A stretch of DNA of 64,000 bases from Eledone cirrhosa (GCA_964016885.1 OZ024742.1:96782001-96846000); one strand, 5' to 3'; positions 14,546-29,801 are shown, numbered from the stretch's first letter. Numbers and translations are program-made. The notes: a model not told the origin generated them from the letters alone.

Positions 14546-14869
14546 CCATAAATATATCATGTAAATATTTATATCCCATTGCATAACTCATTAAATTAAG
14601 ACGCTAAGGCATAACTTAATCCATTGGTCATCTTTAACTAATAATGATTACGCCCGAGTTACATATTTTTAAAATAGCTTCTTGATATTAAATTTAATTA
14701 TAATGTGATATAATTGCATTGCAGTTGCATGAAACACATTGATTCTAATTCAAAACGATGGTTTTGAACCTATATGCTTTATGTAAATTTTTTATAAATC
14801 AAATAGCACATATATTTATATATGTATAGTTTGTTACATTGTGTCTGTACTTTACATCTCAGTAGATGT

Positions 14870-17800
14870 ACATCATCATCATCATCAGTTTACGTCCGCT
14901 TTTCCCTGCTTGCAAGGGTGGGACGGGTTTTATTCAGCACAGCATCTCTCCACTTGTCATGGTCCTTCGTCATCTCTACCGTGAGCTTCAGCGATCTGAG
15001 GTCTGTTCTCACCACCTCCGCCCATGTTTTGCGTGGTCTACCCTCAACTGTTATTTCCTGGCACTTCTTCACCCATCGTTCATCCTCCATGCGCATCACA
15101 TGTCCATGCCACCGTAGTCTCCTCTCTCACAGACTACATTCTATCCCTCTCAGACACAGTTTCTCTCTCAAAACATCCATGTTCGGTCGTTCTTGCACAT
15201 TGACATTGCACATACAACAGAGCATGCTTGTCTCATTTCTCTCCAGCTCTCGCATATCCTCTGCAGTTGCTTCCCATGTCACACTACCATGCAGCATCGC
15301 GCTCCTCACACAGGCATCATATCATCGGCCTTTCGTACGTAGGGATAAACCCTTCTTCGTCAGCAGAGGAAGCAGCTCCTTAATCTTCTTCCAACCTGTC
15401 CTTATTCTAGATACTATGGCCTCGGAACACCCCCCTCCCATGCTAATCTGACCTCCTAGTTACTGTAAGCTAACAACCACTTCTATAGCACCCACCTGCA
15501 TTTGAAAAATGTGTCTATCAATGCGACTTCTACTGTCTAATTTCCCTGTACATCTACTGCATACGTATTTCTCCCTACCTGTTAGTTTCCCTGCTATCCC
15601 ACTACATCTCTTGTGTATCCAGGATCTGCATTGTGTGCATTTTATAGAATTTATGCCAGTTTATTTTCTGCATATCGAACATGGCCATTTCCCTGACGGA
15701 ATCAGAGTTTTGTCCTCTTTTCTACTCATCAACACTTTTGTCTTAGCTAGGTTCACTCTCAGTCCTCGTGATTCCAACTGCTGTTTCCATACCCAGAATT
15801 TATTCTCTAGCTCCTCTACTGATTCTGCTATAAGAACCAGATCGTCAACATAGAGAAGTTCCCATGGACAGCCAGTCTTAAACTCCTCTGTTATGGCTTG
15901 GAAGACTATAATGAACAAGAGCGGGCTGAGGACCGAACCTTGATGTACTCCTACTTATATCTGGAATTCCTCACTAAACTCCATTCCTACCCTCACTTTA
16001 CTGACAGCACCTCTGTACAAAGTTTGCACTGTCCTCACAAGCCATTCTTCAACACCTAGTTTCCTTAGGGACCACCAGATGACAGATTGGGGTACCCTAT
16101 CAAAGGCCTTCTCTAGGTCAACAAAGGCTAAGTATAGTGACTTATTCTTCTCTAAGAACTTCTCTTGTAATTGTCTCACCAAGAAGAGGGCATCTGTTGT
16201 ACTTTTCCCAGGCACAAAACCAAACTGCATCTCATCTAGTTTAACCCTTTCTCTAATTAGTTGTGCTAATATCCTTTCTGCCACTTTCATAACCTGATCC
16301 TTCAGTTTTATACCCCTACAATTGCTCCTCTCCAGAACATCCTCTTTACCTTTGTAGCAATTTATGAAAATACTGCTGCACCAGTCTTTCGGTATGACAC
16401 CACCATATATAGCCTGATTGATGATGTATGCAACCAGTTTAGTGCCTACGTCCCCTGATGCCTTCATCATCTCAGCAACTATCCCAGACGGGCCAGCAGC
16501 CTTACTATTTTTCATTTTGTTACTCGCCTCTTGGTCCCTCTGTCGGATCTACTGAGGGTAATTTCTCTCTCTCCTATTCGTTCTCCACATCCAGCAGTCT
16601 CTCATAATGACATTTCCAAGCCTCTTTTTTCTGATCATTCGTGAAACTAAGTACACCGGCATCATTCCGGACACATTTATCTCCAACAACATCTTGATTT
16701 GCATTGACACACTGCCTTGCAATGTGGAACACCGCACGCCTCTGATCTTCCCATCGCAGAACATTGGCAACCCTCCTACTCTTAGCCTCCCTGCGTGATA
16801 AGTACACCTGATGTCTAGCTTCTCTCTTAGCGGCTGTATATCCTTCTCTACTCCCACCATTTTTCCAAGCCTTCCATGCTAGTCTTTTGTCTTTAATGGC
16901 CTTATCTACTGTGCTGTTCCACCACCAGGTCACTCTCTGTTTGGCTGGAGCTCTGCTCCAGCCACAAGTTTCATCGTTTGTAAGTTGTCACGTAAGAAAT
17001 TCCAGTTATTATCTATGTCATACGTCTCTAAATCGTCTTCTTTTTCGTCATACACATCTTGAAGGGCTTTCCTAAATTTTTATCTTAGTGAAAGGTCTTT
17101 TAGCTTCCAGACCTTTCTTCTCCACACCTTCCTGTATGACTCATTCCATCTCTTGCTTACTGAGATATCACTAACGACTAACCTATGCTGTGGGGTATAT
17201 TCTTCCCCAGGGTATGCTTTGGTATTTGACACCATCTGCCTGTCCCGCTGCCTAACTAGTAAGAAGTCAATCTGGCTTATGTGCTCGACTGATTTGTAGG
17301 ATATTAGGTGATTGGCAGGTTTCTGGAAGTTAGTTTTTCAAATAGTCAGTGTACTTGCATCACAAAATTCAAGAAGTCTCACTCCTTCTTCATTTCTTGA
17401 GCAGTAACCGTGCCCACCATGTACTCCAATGTAACCATCCTGGAGCTGTCTGACATGACCATTGAAGTCCCCTGCTAGCATAATGATGTCTCCATCCTCT
17501 GTCATTGCGGTTGTTTGTAAAAGTTGCTCGTAAAAGCAGTATTTCTCTTCTTTGCCTAGGCCTGCTTGGGGAGCATAGGCAGAGATTATTGTCAGTAGTC
17601 TCCTGCCTACAAATAATCTAAGCTTAATTATTCGATTATTAACTCGAACTGCCTCTATTGTCTTATTAATCCATCTCTCAGCCAGGAAAATGCCTACTCC
17701 CCGTAACCCATCATCCTTACCTAACCAGAAAAGCTTATAGCTAAGATGTATGCCTGAGACTAGTCTCACAGAGGCACCTCTCCATCTCACCTCTTGCATG

Positions 17801-17883
17801 CAGCACACATCCACATGCCTTCTCTCCAGCATCTCTGCTATTTCAGCAGATCTACCTGTGAGAGTGCCAGCATTGTGTTGCAA
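14870..17883 (-). mobile_element. RTE-clade LINE (AP endonuclease + RT), decayed
   Basis: APE motifs (NAGTL, MQEVRW, SAYAPQ, GDFNGH), RT motifs (QFGFVPGKSTTDA, AFVDLEKAFDRVP, LLYVDDL) and RTE C-terminus (AMLHGS.TW, GRPRKTW); (GAT)n tail at 14870-14886; frameshifts. Confidence 0.95.
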
Positions 17884-18264
17884 CTCTGAGATGCGACGTC
17901 TTCATATTTTTTGTTGTTTCTATATACTTGTTGCTGTGGTTATAGTTGTTTTGGCATTGATACACTATTGGATGCCCTTCCTAACACCAGTTTTGTACTA
18001 TTTCGATATAATTCCATATATTTTAAAGCAATTTATTTATTTTAGTAATTAACTTATAGTTTCATACCTCTGATTGTTTAAATGGGAGCTATCCAATTTA
18101 GGGATCTATTGAACTACACCAATTTTCATTCCCGTTTCCATCTGACCTTTTCAAGCACATATTATTTCCTCCCATCACATTTCTATCCCAGGGATTATAT
18201 AGACTATATCCTCGTAGGTACTCTGTATTATAATTCTTATAAATTCAACAGACAAAATTGCTAG

Positions 18265-18625
18265 AGAAATGAAGCAACCAGGCTTCATTGGATGTGCAAT
18301 ATAAATGTGAGAGAAAGGCAGAGCTTGGATGAACTGAGGGATAAAGTGGGTTTAAGAATCCGAAGTAGTGTACAAGAGAGAAGACTGTTGGTATAGACAT
18401 GTGATGTGCATAGATGATGATCACTGGGTAAAAACATGCCAGGAAATCCCAGTGGTGAAGGGAAGCTCTACTAGAGGTAGACCAAGGGAAACTTATATAG
18501 AGGTAGTGAGAGCTGATCTGAAATTACTGAATCTCACAAAAGTGATGTCGAAGAAATGCTGTTCTGAAAAGGACTCACCCAACCCATGAACACTTGGAAA
18601 ACAGACGTAAAGATGACGGTGATGA
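18265..18625 (+). mobile_element. RTE LINE 3' fragment
   Basis: WYRHVMCIDDDHWVKTC..RGRPRETY translation; ends with gacgtaaagatgacggtgatgat. Confidence 0.8.
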
Positions 18626-18675
18626 TATATCACCAACTTAATTTAAATTGCACACACACACAATCAATATTATAA

Positions 18676-18862
18676 GGGCGGTGGATTGGAAGTGTCTGTA
18701 GAGGGTCGGACGCCATGCTTTCCAGCATAGTTACGTCCCTTTGAGATCTGAGTTCAAATCCCGCCGAGGTTGACTTTGCCTTTCATCATTACGGGGTCGA
18801 TAAAATAAAGTACCAGTAATGCACTGGGTAATTGCTGGCCTTGTGCCTAAAGTAGAAACAAT
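18676..18862 (+). mobile_element. tRNA-derived SINE, full length
   Basis: gggcggtggattgg head, B-box-like gagttcaaatcc, central gcctttcatc..ggggtcgataaaataaagtaccag, tail gtagaaacaattatt. Confidence 0.9.
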
Positions 18863-21044
18863 TATTATCATTTTTTATTTATTTTTCCATGCCTGCATTG
18901 GTTTGACTGGTCTACTCCAATACTACATTCCACCTGTTCCTTTGTCATCTCCTCTATGAAGTTCAGAACTTTGCAATTACCTCCCACCTCTTCTGCCTTG
19001 GTCTGCCATGGTTTTTCTCTATTGCGGCTTCATTCCCCTGGGGTTTCTAGCACTTCTACACTCATTATCCATACACATCACATGTCTATACCAGTTCAGA
19101 CTTCTCTTTTCCACACGTCTGATTCCTTTTATATCCATTTTTTTTTTCTTAATTCAAGTCATCCATACTTCATCCTTCAAGTGCAATACACCTCCAAATG
19201 ATATTTATAATCAGCGAATAGCTACCTTTATGATTCTGTATGTGAAAATCTTCTTATTTAAATCTCTAAATATATGCTGTGTTCTAGCATTGTTATGTAT
19301 TGAACTCTTATTGACTGGTATTTAAAAAGTGTTGTGTAACTGTTTAATTATTCAATGACAGCCAATCATATCACAATAACGTGTTTCAAGTGTGATCATG
19401 ATTTTTTACTATATATTATGTTAAACAGGGGTACACAATTCTATCCAACATATTCGAAGTATAGTCTGACAGTTTGAGGAGTAAACAAATCTTTCTGTTG
19501 CCACATTCAACAGTTCGACTGTTTATTGTACTTCATTGGATCAAAATAAAAATTTCTAAATTACTGTTCCTTGTTCAATTAACTATGCACATAAGGGAAT
19601 AAACAAGACACTACAAACAAATATTTATTTTTTATTTAATTACGTAACAACATATGCACATCATGCAAATTAGACTACCACAGGTATTTGTCTAGATTGT
19701 GTATGACATATATAACATTGCTATAGCAATATCTTTACAAGTGTGTATAACAGTATACAATTAGGAAATGACAATTTAAAAAATAATTAGTCAATGTCTA
19801 TGATTTTGAAATTTACATGATTGCTTCATCTGACCCTAGAGTTAGAACAACTGTATTGCTAAACCTTCCTAGAAATATTGTTATATTTAGGGAGGGTCAT
19901 GTTATTATAATATTGCCAGAAATATATAATAAAACACACCCACCAATTGGTTTGGATTGGTTTTCGCTTCAGTATATTTTTATTTCTATAATTAATTCAG
20001 CTAGAAAACAATGCTTATCATTGATTAACCAACAATTAAAATATATAGATATAGAGTTCTTCTGATTGTAGCCAAATGGGTTGAGAGGTCTATCGATGTC
20101 AGATTATATTAAAAGAAAAAGAAAGACAGAATAACCAGAAGAGAACCAAAACATATCTGGTAGTCTGACGTCTGAGCATTGGACAAAAGTCTTTGCAGTA
20201 TTTGATCCCACTCCTTGCACTCTGAAGTTCAAATTTATTAATTTTTGATTTGATTTTCATATTCTTTTGCTCAACAATCAAAGTACCAGTCCAGAATCAT
20301 TAAAAAACCTAAGATGCTTTGTGGTATCAGTTTTGTCTCTGCTGTGCATTCTTAGCTAAAATTCTGTAAATTCAGGCAAAATTTTGCCAGGACTTACAAC
20401 TAGCAAATATTATCAGTAATAGAAAGGTCTAATGGAAAACTATTTTCCTTAGTCTGGTCTGACAATCACCTCCTTTCTTTCTTTTTTGTTTTACCTCATA
20501 AGAGGAGACTCTACATAAACAAATTGCTTGTCCATTTTCTTGTCATTTCCGAATTGTATACTCACTTATTTCTGTAGTCTGCCAAAATGAAAAAATATTA
20601 ATCAGATGTTCCTGATTTGGAAATTCACATACTTGCTTCATCTAAACCTAGAGATGGAACAAATATTATGCTAAAACCTTCCTAGAATTCTTCTGATTGT
20701 AGCCAAAGGGGTTGATATGTTCCTACATATCAGGTTATGTTGAAACTAGGTAAAGATAGAATAAATATATAAGAAACTAAAATAATTCTCACTTTGTGTT
20801 GATAACCTCTTATGAATCATTGGCTTAACCCTTTTGATACCATATGTCTAATGAAAGACATTTCCAATAATTTGCATATCATTTCTCAATATGAAGTAGA
20901 TATTTTGAGCGTAACTTAAAGGTTCTTGTATAGAATTATGATGAAAGAGGCTTAGATGAATATAAACAGTTTAAAACTGTATCAAAGAACGAAGGGTAGT
21001 TTCAGGCGGTTGAATCCATCATTGTACATCCATGTGTATAATAG

Positions 21045-21222
21045 TTGTTTCTACTTTTGGCACAAGGCCAGCAATTAACCAGTACATTACTGGTACTTTA
21101 TTTTATCGACCCCGTAAGGATGAAAGGCAAAGTTAACCTCGACAGGATTGGAACTCAGACCGTAAAGGGACGTAACTATGCTGGAAAGCATGGCATCCGA
21201 CCCTCTACCGATACTGCCAATT
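21045..21222 (-). mobile_element. tRNA-derived SINE
   Basis: Reverse complement of the same family; a partial copy also lies at ~21930-22030. Confidence 0.9.
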
Positions 21223-24200
21223 CAATAGTATTACATAGATATTTACACACAAATTATATAACAAATTCTACATGAAATACAAGTTAATAATGACCATGTA
21301 AAACGATAGAAATATGTAATGAATGTATGCATAAATATATCTTCGCTCTCTCTTTCTTTCAACTTTTAGTTTATTTTTGACTGGCCACCTTCCTGGTGGC
21401 AAGATTGCAAAGAAAGAAAATTATTGTTGTCACTTTTGTAAAAGTTCATCTTTGAATCTTAAGAATGCTTTACACATTTTGAAGGTTCCAAATATCATGG
21501 CTATTTGTAGCTTCGAATTAAGGAGCAAAGTTTTACTCCACAAATCCAAGTTCAGTTATACTTTGGTCTAGGTGGGTTGGTATATAACCTGTAGCTCTAA
21601 TAATAAATTGTATGAAGCTGAACGTGTATCTTGGATACTGGATCTGCAAATTCCTCACCAATGGTCTGAGATATCCTCCTTCTCTTGCATTTTTCTTACC
21701 ACATTGACCTTAGGTAGACAGAAGACTTCTAAAAAAGAGCATATTTTTAATGTGTGGTCAATATCAGGTTGTTTGTTTTAATTTGGTGATAGTTCTATTT
21801 TTCGGTTCCACCAGTATTCCTATGTGTGATCAGTCTCAACACATTCCTCCTTATTTGCTTTTATTTTCATCTTCTGTAATACATTCCACATCGCTCTAGT
21901 TATCACATCATGCCTCGTGGGGAGGTAATAATTGTTTCTACTTTTGGCACAAGGCCAGCAATTACCCTAGTGCATTACTGGTGCTTTATTTTATCGACCC
22001 CATAAGGATGAAAGGTAAAATCAACCTTGGCAGTGGCTATCATCTTCAATTGTTATGTATTAAATAAAATTAAATCTAACTCTAAAATATATTTCTTTAA
22101 TAAAAGCTTTCTGCCCATCTGTTTTGCGCAGCATATATTTATTGTCATCTGATGAATTTCCTTTTTTGTGCAGTAGGTACTTGGCGGGGATTTCTTGAAT
22201 TGCACATGTGTAAATTTTACCATACAGTGTTTATATAAATGTGTTAAAATGTATGTAACGTTTATATAGGTATGTTACATTATATGTAATGTTTAGAAAC
22301 TTATGTAGAAATATTTGCATGTAACCATACAATATTCTGTAGCTCAACGTTTCCAGTATATACTATGTTGTCTTCATATAAGCAGTTAACTATGGGTCAT
22401 GGATGTTTCGGTTCATTATAAACTATACATCTCTCTGTAGCACACCCATAGCCTTTTATCTATCAAAAAGTCACGAGGGAGAGAAAGAAAAGAAGAAAAA
22501 ATGAAAAAAGTGAAAAAATAAACATACCGATAGAAGAGGGAACACGAGACAATGTTACATGTAAGCAAGTAACCGAGAGAATGAAGATCAAGATATATAT
22601 ATATATACATATATATGTGTGTATATATATAATGTATGGATCTATGTGTGTGTGTTTGTGTGTATGTATGTATGCCTTGTGGGTGAAATTGACTTCAATA
22701 GAAATTGTTTGAAAGTCAGTCAGATGTAATGTACCAGCTATTCAAATGTCCACTAACTTATTATATAGGGGTCATAACATTTCCATGGCCATTAAGAAAT
22801 TATTTTAACATTGTAGTCATGGATTCCATCTCCCTATCTAAATAACAAATGGTGACATTCCAAAAATAATAGTCCCTTTCTAACACTAGAAGTAATTATA
22901 TCAAAGCAGAGCTAATTAGGTGGATGGAAAACAATACAATTTGTCAATTCAGTAGATATACATATTTCTTCATTGCTAGAACAAGAAAAAAGTCCTTTAA
23001 GTTTTGCAAGAAAGTGTTCAAATGGACAGAAAGCTTTTATTAAAGAAATATATTTTAGAGTTAGATTTAATTTCATTTAATACATAACAATTGGCATATA
23101 ATCACAAGGCTACCAAGAAATGGCCTCAAAGAATTACTATAATAAATATAATAGTAAGACATCATTTTATATTTATAGTGTTTCCATCTTTGTAGAAAAA
23201 TATAGTAATGATAAAATATGAACAAAGTAAACAGCTTTTGGTGTATGATGATAAGGGTTAATCTTGGCTTATCTGAATATGGCCAAAGGCCAGCCTTTAT
23301 AAATGCTATATTCCTTGTGAATCAGAATAACCAGGAAGTAAATACCTATTACCAAGTATCAATAAGCTTAAGTACTAATGAAATGAGCTTCTCCGGCTTG
23401 TTTTTAATTTGCACTGTTCCTATTAACTCAAGCAAAGTCAATTTTCTCATAATGTTTGGCTCAGGATTCCTCATAATCATTTTTATGTTGACTTTTCCAT
23501 GCTCATATGAACTGGACAGGTCGTTTAAAGGCAATGTTCCATGGTCAGATGCCCTTCCTAATATTAAGCCTTGTAGTCACTTCTTACAACCTACAGGGAT
23601 ATGATGTACCTATTATAAACAAAATAAATCAACAAGGGAGGTTTGTGACATGGTATATTTTCATGCTGATATTACTGCATCTGAAATGGACAATAGTATT
23701 CTCAAAGCAACACATGCATTTGTAAATACTTCACAATATTTTCTTTTGGCAATTAATATATCAAGCAATTTGAAGTGTTCAGTCCTGGTGTTTTAAAATC
23801 TACTTTCTTTACTGACATAAGGGTGCTAATAATTTTGTATTTTTTCTTGCACATTTTCAGACATACTGGAATTATCAACATTTTCAATGAACTGCTTAAC
23901 AACATTAAAACGTAGAGCTATCTCCAGCAACAACATTATCAGTCAAAATGTAAAATAAAAATATTTTTGAGCATTCTTCCTTTTTTGATATGTGTCAATA
24001 ATTTCCATTAGGTTGGCATCAAGTCTTGTGTTTTAGTGCACTTGTCTTTGATTTTGATTCACGCCTCAACACTCATTAGAAAATTTGATTTCCATCTTAT
24101 GATCTGGTGCTGACACTTTGATTTATTCCACTTGTTATTCTAGTTCATTGTTTCGAAACCTCAATATATTTTCAAGGAAAGTTTTAAGATTAAATAACTC

Positions 24201-25149
24201 CATATCTAATGTAGGATATCTGACTTGAATGAACTTATTCCAAATATCTTTAGGAGGCAACAATTTCTCTGAAACAGACGAAAAACGACTTAGATATGTA
24301 CATATTCTATTCACTTAAATAATTTTCTGAACTGTTAATTTAATCTCCTAAAGATATTGCCATTAATATGAGATCCAGTCTGTTAGACAACCTGGTCTCT
24401 GATATGTCATATAGAGAACAATCTATGCAATCCAAAACGTTTGATAATTTCAAGTTTGACAGACCACCTAGTTTTTGATATGTTGTATAGAGAACAACGA
24501 GTGTGATTTATATATATTTCCCATAGTTTAGGGCTGGAATTATTAAAATTATAAATCATTAAAATCGTTCAAATGTTTGGTAATTGGTCAGGACTTCAGA
24601 TGGCATGCTAAACCCTTAGATTTCTTTTTACCAGATTCTTTGATTAATTTTTTGTTTGCTTTTATTTATTTGTTTTTGTCCTTTGTTCTTTTGAGGAGAA
24701 AAGTTATTAAAATCAAGACGTGTTTTAACTATCTTAGGACATTTCTAATAGATTCTATTTTCTAAATCTGAGGGATCACCATTGAAAAGCAGGGGAGAAC
24801 AGTGCCATCTAGTGCACATCCTCCTTAATGGTGTGTCTGATAGCTCCAAAATATGTTATGGTTTCTAATATGCCCTCAGCTGCATCATTTTCACACACAT
24901 TCAGAGATTGGTCACCATATAGGATACATATTGCTTCTAGTATTTTCTCTTAGCCATAGCTGAATTTTCTCACCAAGTTGGTAGGGTGTCATGTAATTGT
25001 GACCTGCAGTCAGTATAATAGCTTTCTCTTCTATGTGTAACTGAGCAAGCTCTCTTTGAATTAAATATGAATTAAAGGAACCTTTTCGTATCTCATACCT
25101 AAAATATCTGTTCAATGCTGCAAAAACATCTTAAATAACATCCACCATA

Positions 25150-26600
25150 ATTGCAAAATATTTTGAAGACATCCTTTCTAGCAAAACATGTTTCTTTAAA
25201 GTGTCTCAACATTCTAAGATAGACTTTTACTGTGGTTCAGAAGATAGTTAGTGAACTTAAGGGTGTTTACTTTTTTACTGGTATTCATCTATATGTAACA
25301 CATGTTCTTGGATCCCATCTTGCATTGCTTGATTCTGATTTCATGTTATAATCCATAAAACACTAAATCATGTTCATCCCACTAAAATGTACAATGTGAA
25401 TTAATTATTTCAAAGTGCTGAACCAGTTCATTGTCTCAGTTCAGAGTTTTATTTCCATTAAAGAGTCAACCCCTTTCTCAGATGGAAGACGACTTTGAAG
25501 CTCTCTCCAAGCTACATAACGATGTTTTCTTTGCCTGAAACCTCTATACATATTCTTCAATTTATCCAAATAGATTGCTATGGTTGGGATTTGGGATTTG
25601 AAAAGCTACAGTACAGACTAGAAATTTGAGATAATAAAGTAATCAAAACTAAGATTAAGTTATTGATTCTGTCTTGAGTACACAGCATGTAATAGATTTC
25701 TATTTCAACAATCCACATGAAATACACCTTGAGATCCTCCCATTGCTGTAGGGTGGGTTATCTATATATATTTCTTACTGACCATCATGCTTTGATTGAC
25801 AAATTTTTGATAGGATGTATTTTCAGTTCTGATTAAATGTACTTGTGATCTTCTCGATGAAGAGTGCTAGTACTAAACCCATTTGTAATTTCTTATATCA
25901 AGAAAGTAAAATTAGAAATCAAGAAAGTAAACACCATTTGGCAGCCTAAATTCAAACTATGACATGTACATTTTACAAATGTAATATTTGGGTTCAGATT
26001 TCTGAAAATTGTAAAGACTCTATGTTGCCCCCTAAGTTTATTGGCTTCAAATGTCCCAAGTCCATTGCAGTTATTTATATCAATGTTGATCATTTTAAGA
26101 ATTGTTCAATTGCTTTATAAAGACGTTTGGCAGTTGTTGATGCAACACGAACTCTCTATAAAAACAATGTTTGTACTCTGTTACTTATCAGAAAAACCCA
26201 CACATCCAAGCACATTAGATTTATATTGATTGTATCAGTTGATTTGTCAATTAATAGTATATATATTTTGACTTCTTCAAATTGTCAACTAACTCCTTGT
26301 GCAAGACCAGAGTTATAACATTCTTGATTAGGCTCGTTAATTTTTTTCAGTTTAACTTTGCAAGTGCAACACTTTACTGTAATTAAGAATGAGATAAATT
26401 TGGTGATCTACTGATGAAATGCAGCAGTGATATGCTATTTGTACACTATATCTAATTTCAAATATTTTTGGTTTTTGGTTTTAGCCATCATAGATATGAT
26501 TGCAATTACATTAGTATGTGCTCATCTATTAACATTCTTCCTTTGCTAAATAGATTTTTCATGTAGTTAAAGTAGATTAAATGTTTTGTTTCAAAGCAGT
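25150..26600 (-). pseudogene. Decayed hAT (ZNF862/ZMYM-like) transposase
   Basis: Minus-strand LLIDKSTD (first catalytic D region) near 26235-26260 and GLGTFEANKLRGQHRVF..FVKCTCHSLNL (CxxH motif) in ORF 25893-26093; boundaries approximate. Confidence 0.6.
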
Positions 26601-27239
26601 AGATTTTCACAAATACTGTATGTATAGACAAAGGTAAACACTATGTCTACACTGATATTCCAATGCAGAATGCCCTGAAATTGAAGCAAATTTATGCAAA
26701 GCATATCTGAAGTCCAGTAATATCACAGTGTTATATTAAGAGTCATGTGCCAAAAATCAGTTTATTCTTTGACTATTATCAAACTGGAGCAACACATTGA
26801 AAGGAGTTAGTCAATAATAACAATGCCAGTATGATCTTTATCAAATATGGTGCTTTATCTATAGTGTCCTTTTGACAAATCACTACATTATGAGATATAA
26901 ACGTAGACACACATATACATACACATACACTCACATATCTGTATGCTCATATATACATATGTGTGAAATATGTTTCATCTTTCAGACAATCCATTTGGTT
27001 AAATGGAGTTTGCATAAAGTTCATTATCTTTTAGAAGAACTGTTTATACTAGCTGAATAGATTAATAAAGCCATACATATACCTATGTATATCTATGGCT
27101 TTGTTAATTGCACACCCAGATATATTTAGCCTATTTACCTTACATATTGAATACTAAGTCGAATAATGGTCTTAAAATACCTGTCTTAACCAGTAACTTC
27201 AAGTTCTAATGGGTAGTTACAGTTAACATCTGCAGGACA

Positions 27240-27615
27240 ATAAAACAGGAGAGAGCTAAGATCAGAGCCCTGATGGACTCCTACTGACATGTTAAATTCC
27301 TCACTTATTGTTAATTCTAAACTTGCTGACTGCTCTTCTGTACATGGTTTGTACTAGCCTCACATGCCACTCATTTACTCCTAGTTTTCTGAAAGAACAC
27401 GATATAATGGATTGGGGTATATCTTCAAAAGCTTTCTCCAGGTTAACAAAGTCTAAATAGCGAAACTTAAGTTTAGCTAGGTACTTCTGCAGTTGCCTCA
27501 CAAGGAAGAGGGCATCAGTGGCACTTTTACCTGGCACAAATCCAAACTGCATCTCATGTAGGTTAATTTGGTCCCTAATCTGCTATAACTCTCTATGATA
27601 TTCATGACCTGGTCC
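27240..27615 (-). mobile_element. RTE LINE internal RT fragment
   Basis: MQFGFVPGKSATDALFLVRQLQ..NLEKAFE..KLGVNEW. Confidence 0.85.
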
Positions 27616-27619
27616 ATCT

Positions 27620-28990
27620 GTCTAGCATCAGAAGACGTTGATGTGAAATCATATATTATTAATCGTTTTGAAGAGTCATCAGACATGACATTACAAGATG
27701 TGGCTGCCGACTGCCAGCGGTTGGTGAATTTAAAGTCACGGTAGAAAAAAAGGTCAGCCATCTTATCTAAACATGACAAGGTCAATGGAATACCTGTTGG
27801 GCACAAGAAAAACACTCCCGACATTACAGATGTCAGAATTGTCATAAACATGGTCATTTCGAAAATCAATGTCGATTTACTAAAATCAGATGTCAAATGA
27901 AAAACACTAAACGCCAAATTCATACAGTATATCCAAATTCGACAGTATGTCCAGTTGATGCTGCACTACAACGAAGTTGTCTGGTTACTTGTTATCAGTA
28001 AATGGGTCTGCCTTCAGTTAGACACGTCTTTTGACATTACACTACTTTCTAGATGAACTTGGCTAAATCTTTGTGACCAAATTAACTGCAATGTAAATTG
28101 GAAAGAGACAAAGATGAATGGCATATGTTATGTGACGGACCTTATACATTTGGTTCTTCTTGGCCACGATTGGCTTGAGAATTTGCACATGTTGGACCAA
28201 CGTAATTAATGTAATTTGAAAACATATGTCGTTAAAATTAACTCAAAAATATGCATCAGTTTTTTGTCAATGGATTGGTGTTATGTACCAAATCTAAAGC
28301 TACTCTAACAATATATCTAGCTCCGTGCCCACTGTTTTGCCCAAATCGTTCTGTGCCACATGCATCTCAGACTTCAGTAGAGACAGAACACACCCGTCTA
28401 CAACAGAGTGAAATTTTGACCACAGTGACATCAAATTTGGATAGCACCAATTGTAGTAATCAAAATACCAAATGGGTCGATTAGACGGTGTGCTGATTTT
28501 TCCACTTGATTATACGAAACACCCAAGTATCATCAGTATCCATTTCCATTGCCAGATGATTTATTCGTAAAACTAATTGTTAGGAAGCTTTTGCAAAATT
28601 TAATTAAGCTGAGACATATTTGCAAATTCCGGTAGTTCAAAGGTCATGAGAATTACTGACCATCAACACCCATAAAAGTCATTTTCAATTTACACGACTA
28701 CCGTTTGGGGTGAAAACAGTCCAAGCTATTTTTCAGCAATTGAGAGATACACATTTGTAAAACATACCTAATAAGTGGCATTTAGATGATATTATTGTTA
28801 TGGAACAGGATGAAAATGATCTATATAACAAAGTGGACATGGTTTTGAAATGTATCAGTATGAACAGCCTGCGTTTTTGAGGAGTAAAATGCAGCTAAGG
28901 AATACCAAGAATCAAATATCTTCGTTTTATCCTTGATTCTGATGGACTCCATCCGGACACAAATGTAGCAGTTATCAAGTCAAAACATTA
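27620..28990 (+). mobile_element. Second Gypsy element (Mag/K02A2.6-like), decayed gag-PR-RT part
   Basis: TLQDVAADCQRLVNLK (gag), LQLDTSFDITLLS (protease), LLGHDWL, WIAPIVVIK.PNGSIR.CADFS, YPFPLPDDLF, RLPFGVKT and LDDIIV motifs across shifting frames. Confidence 0.85.
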
Positions 28991-29013
28991 CCAGTGGCAG
29001 ACTGGGTCTAAAG

Positions 29014-29112
29014 ATATTGGTTGCCAGAATATATATTGGTTGCCAGAATATATATTGGTTGCCAGAATATATATTGGTTGCCAGAATATATATTGGTTGC
29101 CAGAATATATAG
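29014..29112. repeat. 19-bp minisatellite, ~5 copies
   Basis: Unit ttgccagaatatatattgg repeated perfectly. Confidence 0.95.
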
Positions 29113-29801
29113 AATGTTATCATTTAATTTTTATAATGAATAAATAACATTTTCAAAAAATACATAAGTGAAAACAAAACAGTCCAATCAAATTTTTGCG
29201 GAATAAAATGTGTATTTCTTTTACTACTTATAGAGTATATATACTGTACATATTACTGGTAGCATACAGTAATACTAAATATTAATACAGAATGTTATAA
29301 TTGAATTTTTAAATAATTGTGAATGTATAGTATACTGTTATTTAGAGTAGAGTATGCTAGTGACCATTGTTACATTCTCCAATAAAAAATATAAAGTACC
29401 TTGTGAAATATACACATCCAGAGACTTTCAATAATGACATTTGGTCTTTCACACTCTCTCAATATATATATGTGGGAGTGTGTGTATGTATACTTATATA
29501 TAGATTTATATATGATTATACATACAAGTTTTCAACTTGTGCAAACATTATTTGGCTACTCATTCTCCCTAGGGACTTTAGACTGAAGAATTGACCACAA
29601 ACTGATCGTGCATATGTCTTTAGCCCATTGATATCAACAAATATTTGGGCATGAGCTCATGTGTATGTGTAAGTGCATATATATATATATATATAAAAGT
29701 TAAACAAGGTTCAATGAATACATCAAAGAATGGGTTTTACAATAGATTGGAAGCACTCAACGGAAAGAGGGGTTCAGCGTTATTAATATTAATTCTAAAT
29801 A

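Noticed and set aside
18676-18790. tRNA genes at SINE heads
   Set aside because: A/B-box-like motifs but no full cloverleaf; always attached to the SINE body.
22700-25150. Additional decayed transposase or viral ORF
   Set aside because: Protein-like fragments on the minus strand, but no motif I can assign with confidence; needs tBLASTx.
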